From Candidatus Cloacimonadota bacterium (lineage in GTDB: Bacteria > Cloacimonadota > Cloacimonadia > Cloacimonadales > WRIO01): 21,170 bases of DNA. The first letter of the stretch is position 1. Each line of letters begins with the position of its first letter. Positions 1 through 10,300 of this stretch are shown one piece after another. Made by a program: the position numbers and the translations under genes. The notes beneath the pieces are model-generated. The model was given only the letters and a program-made list of their open reading frames with translations. It did no database searches and was not told the origin of the DNA. The DNA lies in NCBI GenBank assembly GCA_029564175.1, contig JAKQQL010000007.1:1-21170 (forward strand), given 5' to 3'.

Positions 1-888
1 AGGGATTATTCCATATTTCGTTAAATCAGCAGGAATAACATGTTTAAATATAGTTTCGCCTTTAAGTGCTTCACCTTCTTTTTCTTTGGTTTCAAAACCG
101 ACTACTTTTTGGTTAAGTCTTCTTTCAATAATTTTTTCAAGGCCATTAAATGCACCACCGACGATAAACAGGATATTGGTTGTATCAATCTCAATAAAAT
201 CCTGATGTGGATGTTTTCTACCACCTTTAGGCGGAACATTGACTTTGGTTCCTTCAAGGATTTTCAGTAATGCTTGTTGAACACCTTCACCGGATACGTC
301 TCTGGTAATGGAAGGGGTCTCGGATTTTCTGGCAATCTTGTCAATTTCATCCACATAAACAATCCCTTTTTCAGCTTTAGCTACATCATACTGAGCATTT
401 TGTAAAAGACGAACCAGTATATTTTCAACATCTTCACCCACATAACCTGCTTCGGTCAGCGTTGTTGCATCGGCAATAGTGAAAGGCACTTTCAGCATTT
501 TTGCCAGTGTTTGTGCAATAAGGGTTTTACCTGATCCGGTAGGTCCAAGCATTAAGATATTACTCTTTTCGAGTTCGACATCATTATCGTTTTTATTTTG
601 TTTGAAAATACGTTTATAATGATTATAAACAGCAACTGCTATCACTTGTTTTGCCCTGTCCTGATCAATTACATACTGATCAAGATATTCTTTGATTTCT
701 TTGGGTGTCGGTAATTTTCCTGATCCATCAAGAAGGCTTTCTTTTTCTCTTTTATCAGCCTCTATGATAGAAAAACACATAGAAACACAATCATCACAGA
801 TATTGCCTGCAATACCTTTTATCATGTGTTTGGTCTCATTTTCCGGCCGTCCGCAGAAAGAGCAATGTAAGAGATTATATTTATTCAT
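1..888 (-). CDS. clpX: ATP-dependent Clp protease ATP-binding subunit ClpX (N-terminal part; runs off the left edge)
   Basis: Not in the ORF track. Manual translation from ATG at 888 gives [16 protein letters not shown]...ICDDC (C4 zinc finger), Walker [25 protein letters not shown], Walker [29 protein letters not shown] and VVGF (IGF-like loop). RBS AGGAGGTG at 900-893. Follows clpP. Confidence 0.97.
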   Translation of the reverse strand, partial: MNKYNLLHCSFCGRPENETKHMIKGIAGNICDDCVSMCFSIIEADKREKESLLDGSGKLPTPKEIKEYLDQYVIDQDRAKQVIAVAVYNHYKRIFKQNKNDNDVELEKSNILMLGPTGSGKTLIAQTLAKMLKVPFTIADATTLTEAGYVGEDVENILVRLLQNAQYDVAKAEKGIVYVDEIDKIARKSETPSITRDVSGEGVQQALLKILEGTKVNVPPKGGRKHPHQDFIEIDTTNILFIVGGAFNGLEKIIERRLNQKVVGFETKEKEGEALKGETIFKHVIPADLTKYGIIP

Positions 889-903
889 TGGACACCTCCT
901 GAA

Positions 904-1488
904 TCATTTTCTCTTTACTATAACTTCGTCAATAATGCCATAATCTTTAGCTTCATCAGCACTCATGAAGAAATTTCTGTCAGTGTCTCTGATAATTGCT
1001 TCCATTTCCTTACCTGTATGATGATGGAGAATATTATTCATTTTTTCACGAAGATAAAGAATTTCTTTTGCCTGAATCTCAATATCAGATGCCTGACCCT
1101 GAGCCCCGCCAAGTGGTTGATGAATCATCACCCGACTGTTTGGTAAAGCAAAACGTTTACCTTCTGCTCCAGCAGCTAATAGCCATGCAGCCATACTCGC
1201 AGCCATACCCATACAAATCGTACTGACATTGCATTTGATATATTGCATTGTATCATAAATCGCCAAACCGGCAGTGATTGATCCACCCGGACTATTGATA
1301 TACATAAATATATCTTTCTCAGGATTTTCACCTTCAAGGTGTAATAGCTGAGCGACAATTACATTTGCGACATTATCATCTATTGGAGTACCTAAAAATA
1401 TGATACGATCATTTAACAATCTGGAATAGATATCGTAAGCACGTTCTGAACGGCCTACCTGCTCGACAACGATTGGTACGTATGGCAT
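904..1488 (-). CDS. clpP: ATP-dependent Clp protease proteolytic subunit ClpP
   Basis: [29 protein letters not shown] (Ser98), MIHQP (His123), DTDRNFF (Asn at 172). Lies between tig and clpX. Confidence 0.98.
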   Translation of the reverse strand: MPYVPIVVEQVGRSERAYDIYSRLLNDRIIFLGTPIDDNVANVIVAQLLHLEGENPEKDIFMYINSPGGSITAGLAIYDTMQYIKCNVSTICMGMAASMAAWLLAAGAEGKRFALPNSRVMIHQPLGGAQGQASDIEIQAKEILYLREKMNNILHHHTGKEMEAIIRDTDRNFFMSADEAKDYGIIDEVIVKRK

Positions 1489-1568
1489 AAACTCTCCTTA
1501 TTTTCTCTGCAGCGAAGATATATCGACTTTGATCTTGCTGGATACTTGTCTATTATGTTACAATATAA

Positions 1569-1613
1569 TGTGGGCAGCTTATCAAACCAAATGTTTTTAA
1601 CAAGCTACCCACA
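1569..1613 (-). terminator. Inverted repeat/hairpin between tig and clpP (possible terminator or processing stem)
   Basis: tgtgggcagctt (1569-1580) and aagctacccaca (1602-1613) pair over 12 bp with one G-U in the minus-strand RNA. The loop is 21 nt and there is no strong U tail. Confidence 0.45.
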
Positions 1614-1637
1614 CTTTATAACTAAAACTTATTTTTT

Positions 1638-2927
1638 TTATTCTGTTACAATTTCTGATTCAGTGATTTCTTCCTGATTTTCCAGCTGAACAGGAGGTTC
1701 AACAATTGTCATGGTTTCTTTGATCATTTTGATCACTTTATTGTGCATAATCTGATCAGTAAAGTTTTCACTTTCAATAAAGTGCTTATAATTCTCTTTG
1801 TACTCTTCAATTGTCTGATTATGATCTTTAACTAAAGTTAAAATATGTTCATCTTTGTCAGCTTCTGTGATTTCAAGATTTTCAGTTTTCTTGATTTTTT
1901 CAACAACTAAATCAAATATTGTTTGATTTTCTGAGAACATTTTTCCAAATTTTAACAGAGTTTCTTCATCTATGCTATCTGCTGAGAGGTTGTAATTTCG
2001 GTTAAACATATAACGTGCATTGTTGATAAAGAACTCATTTGGAATATCGAGTGGATTTGCTTTAGCTACAGCATTAACAATCGCCATATCTAATTCTCTG
2101 TTTTTTACAGTTTCATATTCTTTTTGGAAATCTTCACCTAATTTGGCTTTCATATCTTCAATTGATTCAAAATCATTACTTCTTGCAAATTCTTCAGTCA
2201 ATTCAGGTACAACCACTTTAAAGGCATCTACTACTTTAAACTGATAAGTATTTTTAATTTCATTTTCCTGATCTACAAATTCTGCTTCAAAGACGTCATT
2301 GATTTTCTTACCAATGATTTTTTCATCCAGGTCTTCACCATAGGTCTTGTTACCAATGATAAAGCGAACATGATTATTGTTTTCATATTCAACTGGCATT
2401 AAATCATTCTCAAAGAATTCAAGAACAGCAATATCTTTATTTTCAAAGATGTTGCTTTCATCAAATGGATTCTCCTGAGCATTGTTTAAAAGTAATTCAT
2501 CGATTGCTTTCTGAATCTGACCATCCATGTCATAAGCAGGATCTTTGTAAGGAACTTCTAAATTTTGATATACAGGCTCGAAATCTTCGGGGAAAGTTTG
2601 GAATGTGTATGTGAAAATGGCATCTTCACCTGTATTCCACTGAACTTCCTTAATCTGTCCAGCACTCACAGGACGTACATCTGATTCTTTTAATGCTTCC
2701 TTATAATAGGATTCAGCATATTTATCAAAATATTCATCTTTTATGTAATCCATATAATTTTTTTCAATGTAAGAAACAGGCACCTTGCCTTTTCTAAAAC
2801 CTGGCATTTCCAGATTTTTTCTCACCTTATTGAAAACCTTCTGAAAGTCTTTTTGTGCAGTTTCAAGATCAACTGTAACCACTAATTCACGGGTGTTGGA
2901 GTTGATTGTTTTAATTTCTGTTTTCAT
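1638..2927 (-). CDS. tig: Trigger factor
   Basis: Ribosome-binding signature PGFRKGKVP, 429 aa, canonical tig-clpP-clpX order. Confidence 0.95.
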   Translation of the reverse strand: MKTEIKTINSNTRELVVTVDLETAQKDFQKVFNKVRKNLEMPGFRKGKVPVSYIEKNYMDYIKDEYFDKYAESYYKEALKESDVRPVSAGQIKEVQWNTGEDAIFTYTFQTFPEDFEPVYQNLEVPYKDPAYDMDGQIQKAIDELLLNNAQENPFDESNIFENKDIAVLEFFENDLMPVEYENNNHVRFIIGNKTYGEDLDEKIIGKKINDVFEAEFVDQENEIKNTYQFKVVDAFKVVVPELTEEFARSNDFESIEDMKAKLGEDFQKEYETVKNRELDMAIVNAVAKANPLDIPNEFFINNARYMFNRNYNLSADSIDEETLLKFGKMFSENQTIFDLVVEKIKKTENLEITEADKDEHILTLVKDHNQTIEEYKENYKHFIESENFTDQIMHNKVIKMIKETMTIVEPPVQLENQEEITESEIVTE

Positions 2928-2971
2928 CTTTCCCTCTTTATGTTGACTTTATTATCCACTGTATATAAAAA

Positions 2972-3057
2972 TGGTACGAAAGAGGGGACTTGAACCCCTA
3001 CGGCCTATGGCCACTGGATCCTAAGTCCAGCGCGTCTGCCAATTCCGCCACTTTCGC
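2972..3057 (-). tRNA. tRNA-Leu (anticodon TAG)
   Basis: Minus strand reads GCGAAAGTGGCGGAATTGGCAGACGCGCTGGACTTAGGATCCAGTGGCCATAGGCCGTAGGGGTTCAAGTCCCCTCTTTCGTACCA. Anticodon arm CTGGA-CTTAGGA-TCCAG, long variable arm, GTTCAAG T-loop, discriminator A, encoded CCA. Confidence 0.97.
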
Positions 3058-3067
3058 AACTTTAATC

Positions 3068-3096
3068 AAATTATTTTAGTGGCTTAATCCTGTCAA
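3068..3096 (-). promoter_or_regulatory. Sigma70-type promoter for tRNA-Leu/tig
   Basis: TTGACA (3096-3091), 17 nt, TAATTT (3073-3068), ending about 10 nt upstream of the tRNA 5' end. Confidence 0.6.
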
Positions 3097-3180
3097 GCAT
3101 ATAGTAAATTTTTTAAAAAAACTGTTTTTTTCGTTCAATTTGAGGCCTGTACATCTGATAAGTTCTCTTCTTATTTTATT

Positions 3181-3217
3181 ACCTTTCTCACTTCTTTCTC
3201 TTTTCTATCCTGTAGAA
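3181..3217. repeat. Degenerate direct repeat, copy 1 (partner at 18722-18758)
   Basis: acctttctcacttctttctcttttctatcctgtagaa vs acctttttcattcttttctcttatctatcctgtagaa: 32/37 identical without gaps, last 14 nt identical. Confidence 0.75.
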
Positions 3218-3319
3218 TTCTCATATTTTTGATGATTCTCTTTTCAGTATGATCAGAATCTATTTGTTTTTTTTTCAATATTGCTTACTATATTTAAAAG
3301 AAAATCAATAGGAGGATAA

Positions 3320-4111
3320 ATGAAAAAATTAGTTTTATTAAGCATTCTGTTAATTGCACTGAGTGTAACATTGTTTGCGGAGAAAATCAAGTTACGAGTT
3401 GCTTATGAAGATAAGGAACAACCTCCCTACTATATGCAAAATACAAGTGAAATACCTAAAACAAATCCAGGAATTTCTGTAGAAATGGTGATGTTATTAA
3501 AGAAGTACATACCTGAACTGGAAATTGAGTTTACACGAATGCCATGGAAACGCTGTACTTATTCTTTAGGTGAAAATCAGGTTGATGCCATTTTTAACTC
3601 TTCTTACTCTAAGGAAAGGCTTGATATTGGATGGTATCCAACAACTAATAAACAACATACAGGGCAAGTAGATAAAGACCGCAGACTGACCACCATATCA
3701 TACTTTTTATATGCAAACAAAAATGCAGGCATTAAATGGGATGGGAAACTGGAAAGCCTGACTCAAATCATTGGTGCGCCTATGGGATACTCTATCGTCA
3801 ATGATCTCAAAAATAAAGGGGTTAAAGTAGAAGAAGCTCAGGATTCAATGACAAATCTGATGAAAGTGGCTAAAGGCAGAATCGATGCGGCTGCTCTTCA
3901 GGATGTAACAGCTGACGACATTTTAAAAAATAATAGAAAAGAAATGGGTAATATCGTTAAACTGAGCCCACCTGTTGTATCTAAGGAATATTATTTGATG
4001 CTTTCAAAGAAATTTGTTCAAGATAATCCTGCTCTCGCTCAGAAAATATGGGATACAATAAAAGTCATTCGCGAAAAAGAATTTAAAAATCTATCTTCAA
4101 AATATAATTAA
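3320..4111 (+). CDS. Periplasmic solute-binding protein (SBP family 3 / polar amino acid type), orphan
   Basis: Signal peptide MKKLVLLSILLIALSVTLFA; motifs PPY, GISVE, MPWKR, SYSKER, GYSI, KGRIDA; RBS AGGAGG; followed by its own terminator. Confidence 0.85.
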   Translation: MKKLVLLSILLIALSVTLFAEKIKLRVAYEDKEQPPYYMQNTSEIPKTNPGISVEMVMLLKKYIPELEIEFTRMPWKRCTYSLGENQVDAIFNSSYSKERLDIGWYPTTNKQHTGQVDKDRRLTTISYFLYANKNAGIKWDGKLESLTQIIGAPMGYSIVNDLKNKGVKVEEAQDSMTNLMKVAKGRIDAAALQDVTADDILKNNRKEMGNIVKLSPPVVSKEYYLMLSKKFVQDNPALAQKIWDTIKVIREKEFKNLSSKYN

Positions 4112-4133
4112 GTATAAGTATTAATACAATTAT

Positions 4134-4165
4134 AAGTGCCAATCATTGGATTGGCACTTTTTTTT
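4134..4165 (+). terminator. Rho-independent terminator
   Basis: Perfect 11-bp stem aagtgccaatc/gattggcactt with a 4-nt loop, followed by a T run. Confidence 0.9.
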
Positions 4166-4190
4166 AAAAAAAATCCTTGTCATAATTTAT

Positions 4191-4255
4191 AATATTATTA
4201 TATTGACTATTATAGATTAGAATATACGATCTTTGAATATTATTATTTTAAGTAT
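4191..4255 (+). promoter_or_regulatory. Promoter of the padR-RND operon with two candidate operator repeats
   Basis: TTGACT (4203-4208), 16 nt, TACGAT (4225-4230). The repeats aatattattatattgactat (4191-4210) and aatattattattttaagtat (4236-4255) are 17/20 identical. Confidence 0.45.
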
Positions 4256-4279
4256 CATCATGAAAGAAAGGAGTTATAA

Positions 4280-4858
4280 ATGTCAAAAGTTCATCTGACA
4301 GTATTAGGTTTCATTAACTTTAAGCCAATGCATGGTTATGAAATCATGAATACGATCAAAACGAAAGGGATGGATATATGGGCAGGAATTAAGATGCCAT
4401 CAGTTTACAATGCACTTCAACACCTTGAAAATAAAGCATATATCAAGGGAACTCAGGAAGTTGAAGGCAATAATCCTCCAAGAAATGTATATCACATGAC
4501 AGATAGTGGTTTAAAATATTTTAAAAAACTCATTCTTAGCTATCTGCAAAATGATGTTGTGGGAGTTGATTACTGGTTAGCAATCTCATTTACTTATCGT
4601 ACCATGAGTAAAAATGAATATATTGCTCTTCTTAATTCCCGACTTGAACACCTTGAAGCACATTTGTTAGCCGACAATGAATGCCAAAGAATGCTTGAAA
4701 CCCAAAGTCAGCAAGGAAAAATTCCTTTCATTCATAAGCACTTATTGAGGATGGGCTCTGGGGTACACAGTATTGAAATCAAACTACTCAAGGATATTAT
4801 TGAAGAAGCTCAATTACCTGAAAATAACAACTATTTTATCGAGGAGAATATCACATGA
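4280..4858 (+). CDS. PadR family transcriptional regulator
   Basis: VLGFINFKPMHGYEI...SVYNALQHLENKAYI...PPRNVYHMTDSG winged HTH. Stop overlaps the next start (ATGA). Confidence 0.92.
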   Translation: MSKVHLTVLGFINFKPMHGYEIMNTIKTKGMDIWAGIKMPSVYNALQHLENKAYIKGTQEVEGNNPPRNVYHMTDSGLKYFKKLILSYLQNDVVGVDYWLAISFTYRTMSKNEYIALLNSRLEHLEAHLLADNECQRMLETQSQQGKIPFIHKHLLRMGSGVHSIEIKLLKDIIEEAQLPENNNYFIEENIT

Positions 4859-6183
4859 AAAAATCAATTTTATCAATCCTCTTCATACTAATCATCTTGA
4901 CATCAATGATTCACGCAATGAGTCTAAACGAGGCGAAAGAACTGGTTATTAAAAATAACAGTGAAATGAAAACAGAAGAGCAGAATTTAAAAATGGCTCA
5001 ATGGGATCTAAAAAATGCAAGATTTGATATGTTACCAACCGCAAAATTGCAAGGCAACTACAATCTATATCAGCCGGAAATAAACATGGGAGCCCCTAAC
5101 AGTCAGGCTAAAAATCTACAGTCATTTGGATTGGCAATTAATTTTCCATTGTTTGTTGGTGGCAAATTGTATCTTGGTCAAAAAATGAAATCAGATGCTT
5201 TAAAGATGAGCGAGATTTCATTCAAAACCAAAAAACTGGAAATTCTAAGCACTCTTGAAAACAAATTTTTTAAGGTGCTGGAAACCAAAGAGTTAATGTC
5301 TATTGCTGAAATGGATTACCAGTCTTCTCAGGCAAATGAAGAAATCGCAAAAATCAGATATGAAAATGGTAGCTTATCCAGTGCAGACTACTTAAATTTT
5401 AGAACAGCTTCTGCAAACAAAAAACTCAGATTATTACAATCTCAAAATGCTTATCTACTCAGCAAAAATGATCTGACTAATTATCTTTCAATTCCTTCCG
5501 ATACCGACTTTGAAGCTATCACAGAAGATCTGTATATGGAATGGATATCAACTCTTCAAAACACTGATTTGAATCATCTCGATAAGATTACACAACAAAT
5601 TAGTGAATATACATCTGAGCATAATACTGCCATACAGATATCTAAACTATCAGTAAAAACAGCCGAAAATGCGCATTTAATGAGCTTAGGAAATTTTCTT
5701 CCTACAGTTAACCTGTCATATACTCAAGGTTGGCAAAAATACGATTTCCAAGATAAATTCGGTGATCAGGGAACACTGGTACTATCAGCATCCATCCCAA
5801 TCTTTCCTGTCATTGATGACTATTCTGCAACAGAAAAAAGCCGTAGTGCTGTTCGAAAAGCAACATATCAAATGGATACTACAGAAAAAAGTATCCACCT
5901 GGCAGTTCAGTCTTCCCTTTTAAGTCTGATTACCAGCATTCAGTCTTACGAATCAGCGAAACTCTCTTTAGAATATGCAGAAGAATTTTGGCAACAAAAA
6001 AATGTTCGTTTTAAGAACAACCTCTTATCAGCAAATGAAATGCTGGATGCAGATGTAATTATCAATAATGCCCGTACCCAACATATTTCATCAATCTACA
6101 ACATTTTAAGAGCAAAATCTGCATTAATGCAAGTGATTAACTCTGATTCTGATGAAACGTTAAAAACACTATTAAAAAATTAA
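4855..6183 (+). CDS. TolC family outer membrane efflux protein
   Basis: Signal peptide; two OEP repeats (LPTAKL...INFPLFVGG, RYENGSLS; FLPTVNL...SIPIFP, RFKNNLLS); operon context. Confidence 0.9.
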   Translation: MKKSILSILFILIILTSMIHAMSLNEAKELVIKNNSEMKTEEQNLKMAQWDLKNARFDMLPTAKLQGNYNLYQPEINMGAPNSQAKNLQSFGLAINFPLFVGGKLYLGQKMKSDALKMSEISFKTKKLEILSTLENKFFKVLETKELMSIAEMDYQSSQANEEIAKIRYENGSLSSADYLNFRTASANKKLRLLQSQNAYLLSKNDLTNYLSIPSDTDFEAITEDLYMEWISTLQNTDLNHLDKITQQISEYTSEHNTAIQISKLSVKTAENAHLMSLGNFLPTVNLSYTQGWQKYDFQDKFGDQGTLVLSASIPIFPVIDDYSATEKSRSAVRKATYQMDTTEKSIHLAVQSSLLSLITSIQSYESAKLSLEYAEEFWQQKNVRFKNNLLSANEMLDADVIINNARTQHISSIYNILRAKSALMQVINSDSDETLKTLLKN

Positions 6184-6196
6184 TAAAGGAGTAAAC

Positions 6197-7294
6197 ATGT
6201 CTCTTAATGCAATAAAAATTACAGTAATAGCATTCATATTAAGTTTAGCATTTTTTAGTATTTCCTGTTCAAAAAAACAGGAGACTCAGAAACGCAGCCC
6301 TAAATTGGAAACTTCTCGTGAATTCCCTGTTTTACTTGAAAAAGCAGAGCTCAGAAACTTAAATGAATACATTAAAGTAACTGGCACATTGGAAGGAAAA
6401 AATGATATCGTTCTCATTTCAGAAACCTCTGGAAAAATAATTGAAATGTACAAGAAACTGGGAGACTGGGTTGATAAAGGAACTGCACTTGGAAGAGTGG
6501 ATAATTCAGATTATGAAAGTTCTTTAAAACAAGCAAAAGCATCCCTGATAGCTGCAGAAGCTTCGTATGAATCAGCTGATCTCAGCTTTAAATCATCTGA
6601 AGAACTTTTTAAAGAGAAAAAGATATCACAAGGTGATTATAACAATGCTAAGAGTGCATTTAAAAATGCTTATGCTAACCTGGAAGGGGCAAAAGCAAGA
6701 GTAGAACAAGCCAGAAAAGCCTTTGAAAATTCCCAGTTTACAGCACCAGTAAGTGGTCAGATTGTGGACTTGCCTGTTCAAACAGGACAAACCATCACTC
6801 AGGGGACTAAAATTGCGGGTATTGTTAACACAAAATCTTTAATAATCAAGACAGGTGTTGGAGAATCATACATCAGATCAATTAAACAGAATTCTCCTGT
6901 TGATATTTATTATCAAATTGATGAAAAAAGCTATCAGGGAGTTATTAGCGGTGTCGGATTAAAACCGATTTCCGGTACAGCCAATTACCCTGTTGAAATC
7001 AGTTTAGCAGGCACTCATAGTCTTTTACCAGGCATGGTGATTGAAGCTAAAATTCTCAGTAAAACCTATAAAAATGTCATCTATACTTCTCTGAATAACA
7101 TTATTCAAGAATACGATAAAAGCTACATTTTCATAGTAGATGAGAAAGATATTGCACAAAGAAGAGAAGTAATACTGGGAAGTAAAGTAAATGAAAATGT
7201 CATTATCACCAGCGGAGTAAAAGCTGGAGAAAGAATCGTATATGAAGGCTTGGAAAATCTTGAAACAGGGACAAAAGTAACAGTCCGTAATTAA
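6197..7294 (+). CDS. RND efflux membrane fusion protein (periplasmic adaptor), probable lipoprotein
   Basis: Lipobox-like ISC; SETSGKI...GDWVDKG, TAPVSG, LLPGM, ITSGVKAGERIV. Confidence 0.93.
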   Translation: MSLNAIKITVIAFILSLAFFSISCSKKQETQKRSPKLETSREFPVLLEKAELRNLNEYIKVTGTLEGKNDIVLISETSGKIIEMYKKLGDWVDKGTALGRVDNSDYESSLKQAKASLIAAEASYESADLSFKSSEELFKEKKISQGDYNNAKSAFKNAYANLEGAKARVEQARKAFENSQFTAPVSGQIVDLPVQTGQTITQGTKIAGIVNTKSLIIKTGVGESYIRSIKQNSPVDIYYQIDEKSYQGVISGVGLKPISGTANYPVEISLAGTHSLLPGMVIEAKILSKTYKNVIYTSLNNIIQEYDKSYIFIVDEKDIAQRREVILGSKVNENVIITSGVKAGERIVYEGLENLETGTKVTVRN

Positions 7295-7312
7295 GGGCAT
7301 AAGGAGTTTTAA

Positions 7313-10300
7313 ATGTCTATAGCACAACATTCAGTAGATAATAAAGTTCTGGTCAATATGCTCATGATCGTAGTATTTATACTAGGCATAATGACAATTA
7401 TTGAAATACCAAAGGAAGAATCCCCTGCAGTGGATTTTGGAGCGGCTATTATAATGGTTTACTACCCTGGTGTATCTCCGGCTGAGATGGAACAGTTGGT
7501 CGTAAAAAAGATAGAAGATCAGATTCAAAATGTAAAGAATATAGATTATATGACCTCATCTTCACAAGAAGGCAGAGCAACAGTATATGTTACATTTGAA
7601 CCCAACGCAGACCCGGATGAATGCTGGACAGATATAAACGAAGAAATGAACAAAGTCACAGATTTACCTGAAGATGCATTAGATCCGGTTCTGGTTAGAT
7701 TGAATATGCGTGAGGTCAATGCAATATGCGACGTAGCGCTCAGTGGAGATTTCTCAGGTAATACGATTAGAGATATTACTGAAAACCTACAGGATGAGAT
7801 TCTCAATATTAAAAACATTTCTAAAGTTGAAATAAATGGTACAAGAGAAAGACAAATTTGGATTGAATCAGATATCAGTAAACTCAATCAGTATGGAATT
7901 TCTCTTGATGAAATCAGCTCAGCAATCAAAACCAGAAACATGAATGTTCCAGGCGGAACGGTTAAGTTTGGAAGAGCTGAATTTATCATCAGAACTATGG
8001 GCGAATTTAAAAATGTAGATGAAATTGTAAATCTAAATGTTCGAATGGATAGTAATGGCAGATCAATCAAACTAAGTGAAGTAGCTACGATCAAGGATAC
8101 ATTACAGGAACAAACCGTTATTTCCAAACTTAATGGCAGACAATCGACTTCTCTTTCTATCTTCAAAAAAGAAGAAGGCAATATTATTGATGTGATGAAA
8201 GAAGTAAGAGAAAAGGTAGCTGAATATGAGAAGACAGTACCTGGATTAAAAGCTCAGGTCAGAAATGATGGTTCAATTGATGTTAACAATAGTATCAATA
8301 CACTGGGCTCAAATGCAATGTCAGGCGTAATTCTGGTATTTATAGTCTTATGGATTTTCATTGGCTGGCGAAACGCCATTTTGGCAGCCTGGGGTATTCC
8401 TTTCAGTTTTATGTTAACCTTTGTATTTCTCCGTTTTACCAATATTACTATGAACAACATGAGCTTATTTGCCCTGGTACTGGTAACTGGAATGATTGTC
8501 GATAATGCCATTGTAATTATTGAAAATGTGTATCGCTATGTAGAAATGGGTAAATCATTACAGGAAGCAGTTATCACAGGAACAAATGAAGTGATGTGGC
8601 CTATCTTTGCCTCTACATTGACTACAATTGCGGCCTTTATGCCAATTCTGCTGACAGAAGGTATCATGGGTAAATTTATCGCTGTATTTCCAATCGTTGT
8701 AACAACTGCTCTCTTAGCTTCTCTTGTTGAAAGTATAGTAATCTTACCGGCGCATATTGTCCAATTTACGAAGGAACTCAGTGGTGAAACAAAACGCTCT
8801 GAGCATTTCTATGCCAATATAGAAAAAAAATACAGAAAAGCACTTCGCTTTGTTCTATGCCATCGTGCCCAGGCTATAGGGATCATTTTTGTGATGCTCA
8901 TTTTCTCATTAGCCGTTCTAGCATTTGGATGGGTTCGTTTTGAATTTTTCCCTGCAAGACCAGCAAAAACATTAGTATTAAAACTCCAGACACCTGTTGG
9001 TACAAACCTTGATAAAACAAACGAGATGGTTTCAAAAGTAGAAAACTATATTCTAACCATGCCCGAAAAAGAAGATGTTGAAGCGATTGTAACTGATGTT
9101 GGACAAATGCGACTTAACAATCAGAGAGAACAGGCAACTTCTAATGCTGAACTCAGAATCGATTTAAAAGAAATCGAAGATATGAAATATGGACATGAAA
9201 AGATTAAAAAAAGTATTCGTGAGTATCTGGACAAATTGCCAGAGCTATACTCTTATCGTTTTTCTGAAGGAAGGCAAGGCCCACCGACCGGTCAGGATGT
9301 AGAAATCAGAATCAAGGGAGATAACCTTGAACGTCTGGAATACATAGGAGAAATTATAAAAACAGAACTGAGCAGACTACCAGGAGTCAGCGATATTGAA
9401 GACTCATTTAAGCCAGGTAAAAAAGAAATACGAATCATTCCAAAAGAAGACAAACTAAGCCTTTATGGTTTATCAATCGCACAGGTAGCATCATTAGTAC
9501 GAACAGCTTCTTATGGTTCAACTGTTTCAATTTATCGTGGAATGGGGCTTGATGAAAATGATATTATCCTAAGAGTCAGAGAAGAACAAATCAATGATAT
9601 GGAAGATCTGAAATATCTTAGAATTCGTACCAAATCAGGCTCTCTGGTACAGTTGTCAGAAGTAGCTGACTTTGATCTGACAACAGGTCTCGCATTAATT
9701 GAACATAGAGATCGAAAAAGAATCATCACGATCACAGGAAATAATTCATTTTATGAAGAAAATGGAAAAAGAAAGAAAAGAACATCAGGTGAGGTCGTAA
9801 CATACCTGGTTGGCAACAAATTTGGTTCTGAAAAAGGAGTTTTGTCAAATTTTGAGCAAAGATTCCCTGGCTATCAGATAGAATTTGGTGGCGTTGTGGA
9901 ACAACAGAACCAATCTTACCGCTCTCTGTTCCGAGCCTTAATTGTTGCTCTCCTGTTAATTTTCACAATTCTTGCTGCCCAGTTCAAATCCTATGTGCAA
10001 CCGCTTGTTGTAATGATAACCATACCTTTTGGATTTATAGGGGTTATATTGGGTCTTCTGATAACCAGATTGCCCTTCTCCATGAATACAGTCATCTCTT
10101 TCGTTGCCTTGTCAGGTGTCGTGGTAAATGCAGCGCTTATCTTGGTTGATTTTATCAATAAAGAAAGAGAAAAAGGAGTTGATCGTTGGCACTCTCTGAT
10201 CAATGCAGGGGCAACCAGACTCAGACCAATCATACTAACCACTATTACCACCATTTCAGGTCTTCTGCCAATGGTATTCTCAACCTCATCCGCATCTCAG

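Noticed and set aside
40..2244. ORFs 40-270, 692-943, 996-1226, 1176-1358 and 2020-2244
   Set aside because: Antisense or out-of-frame shadows of clpX, clpP and tig, with no recognisable motifs.
2972..3057. G1-U72 wobble in the tRNA-Leu acceptor stem
   Set aside because: A minor tolerated variation; the cloverleaf is otherwise canonical.
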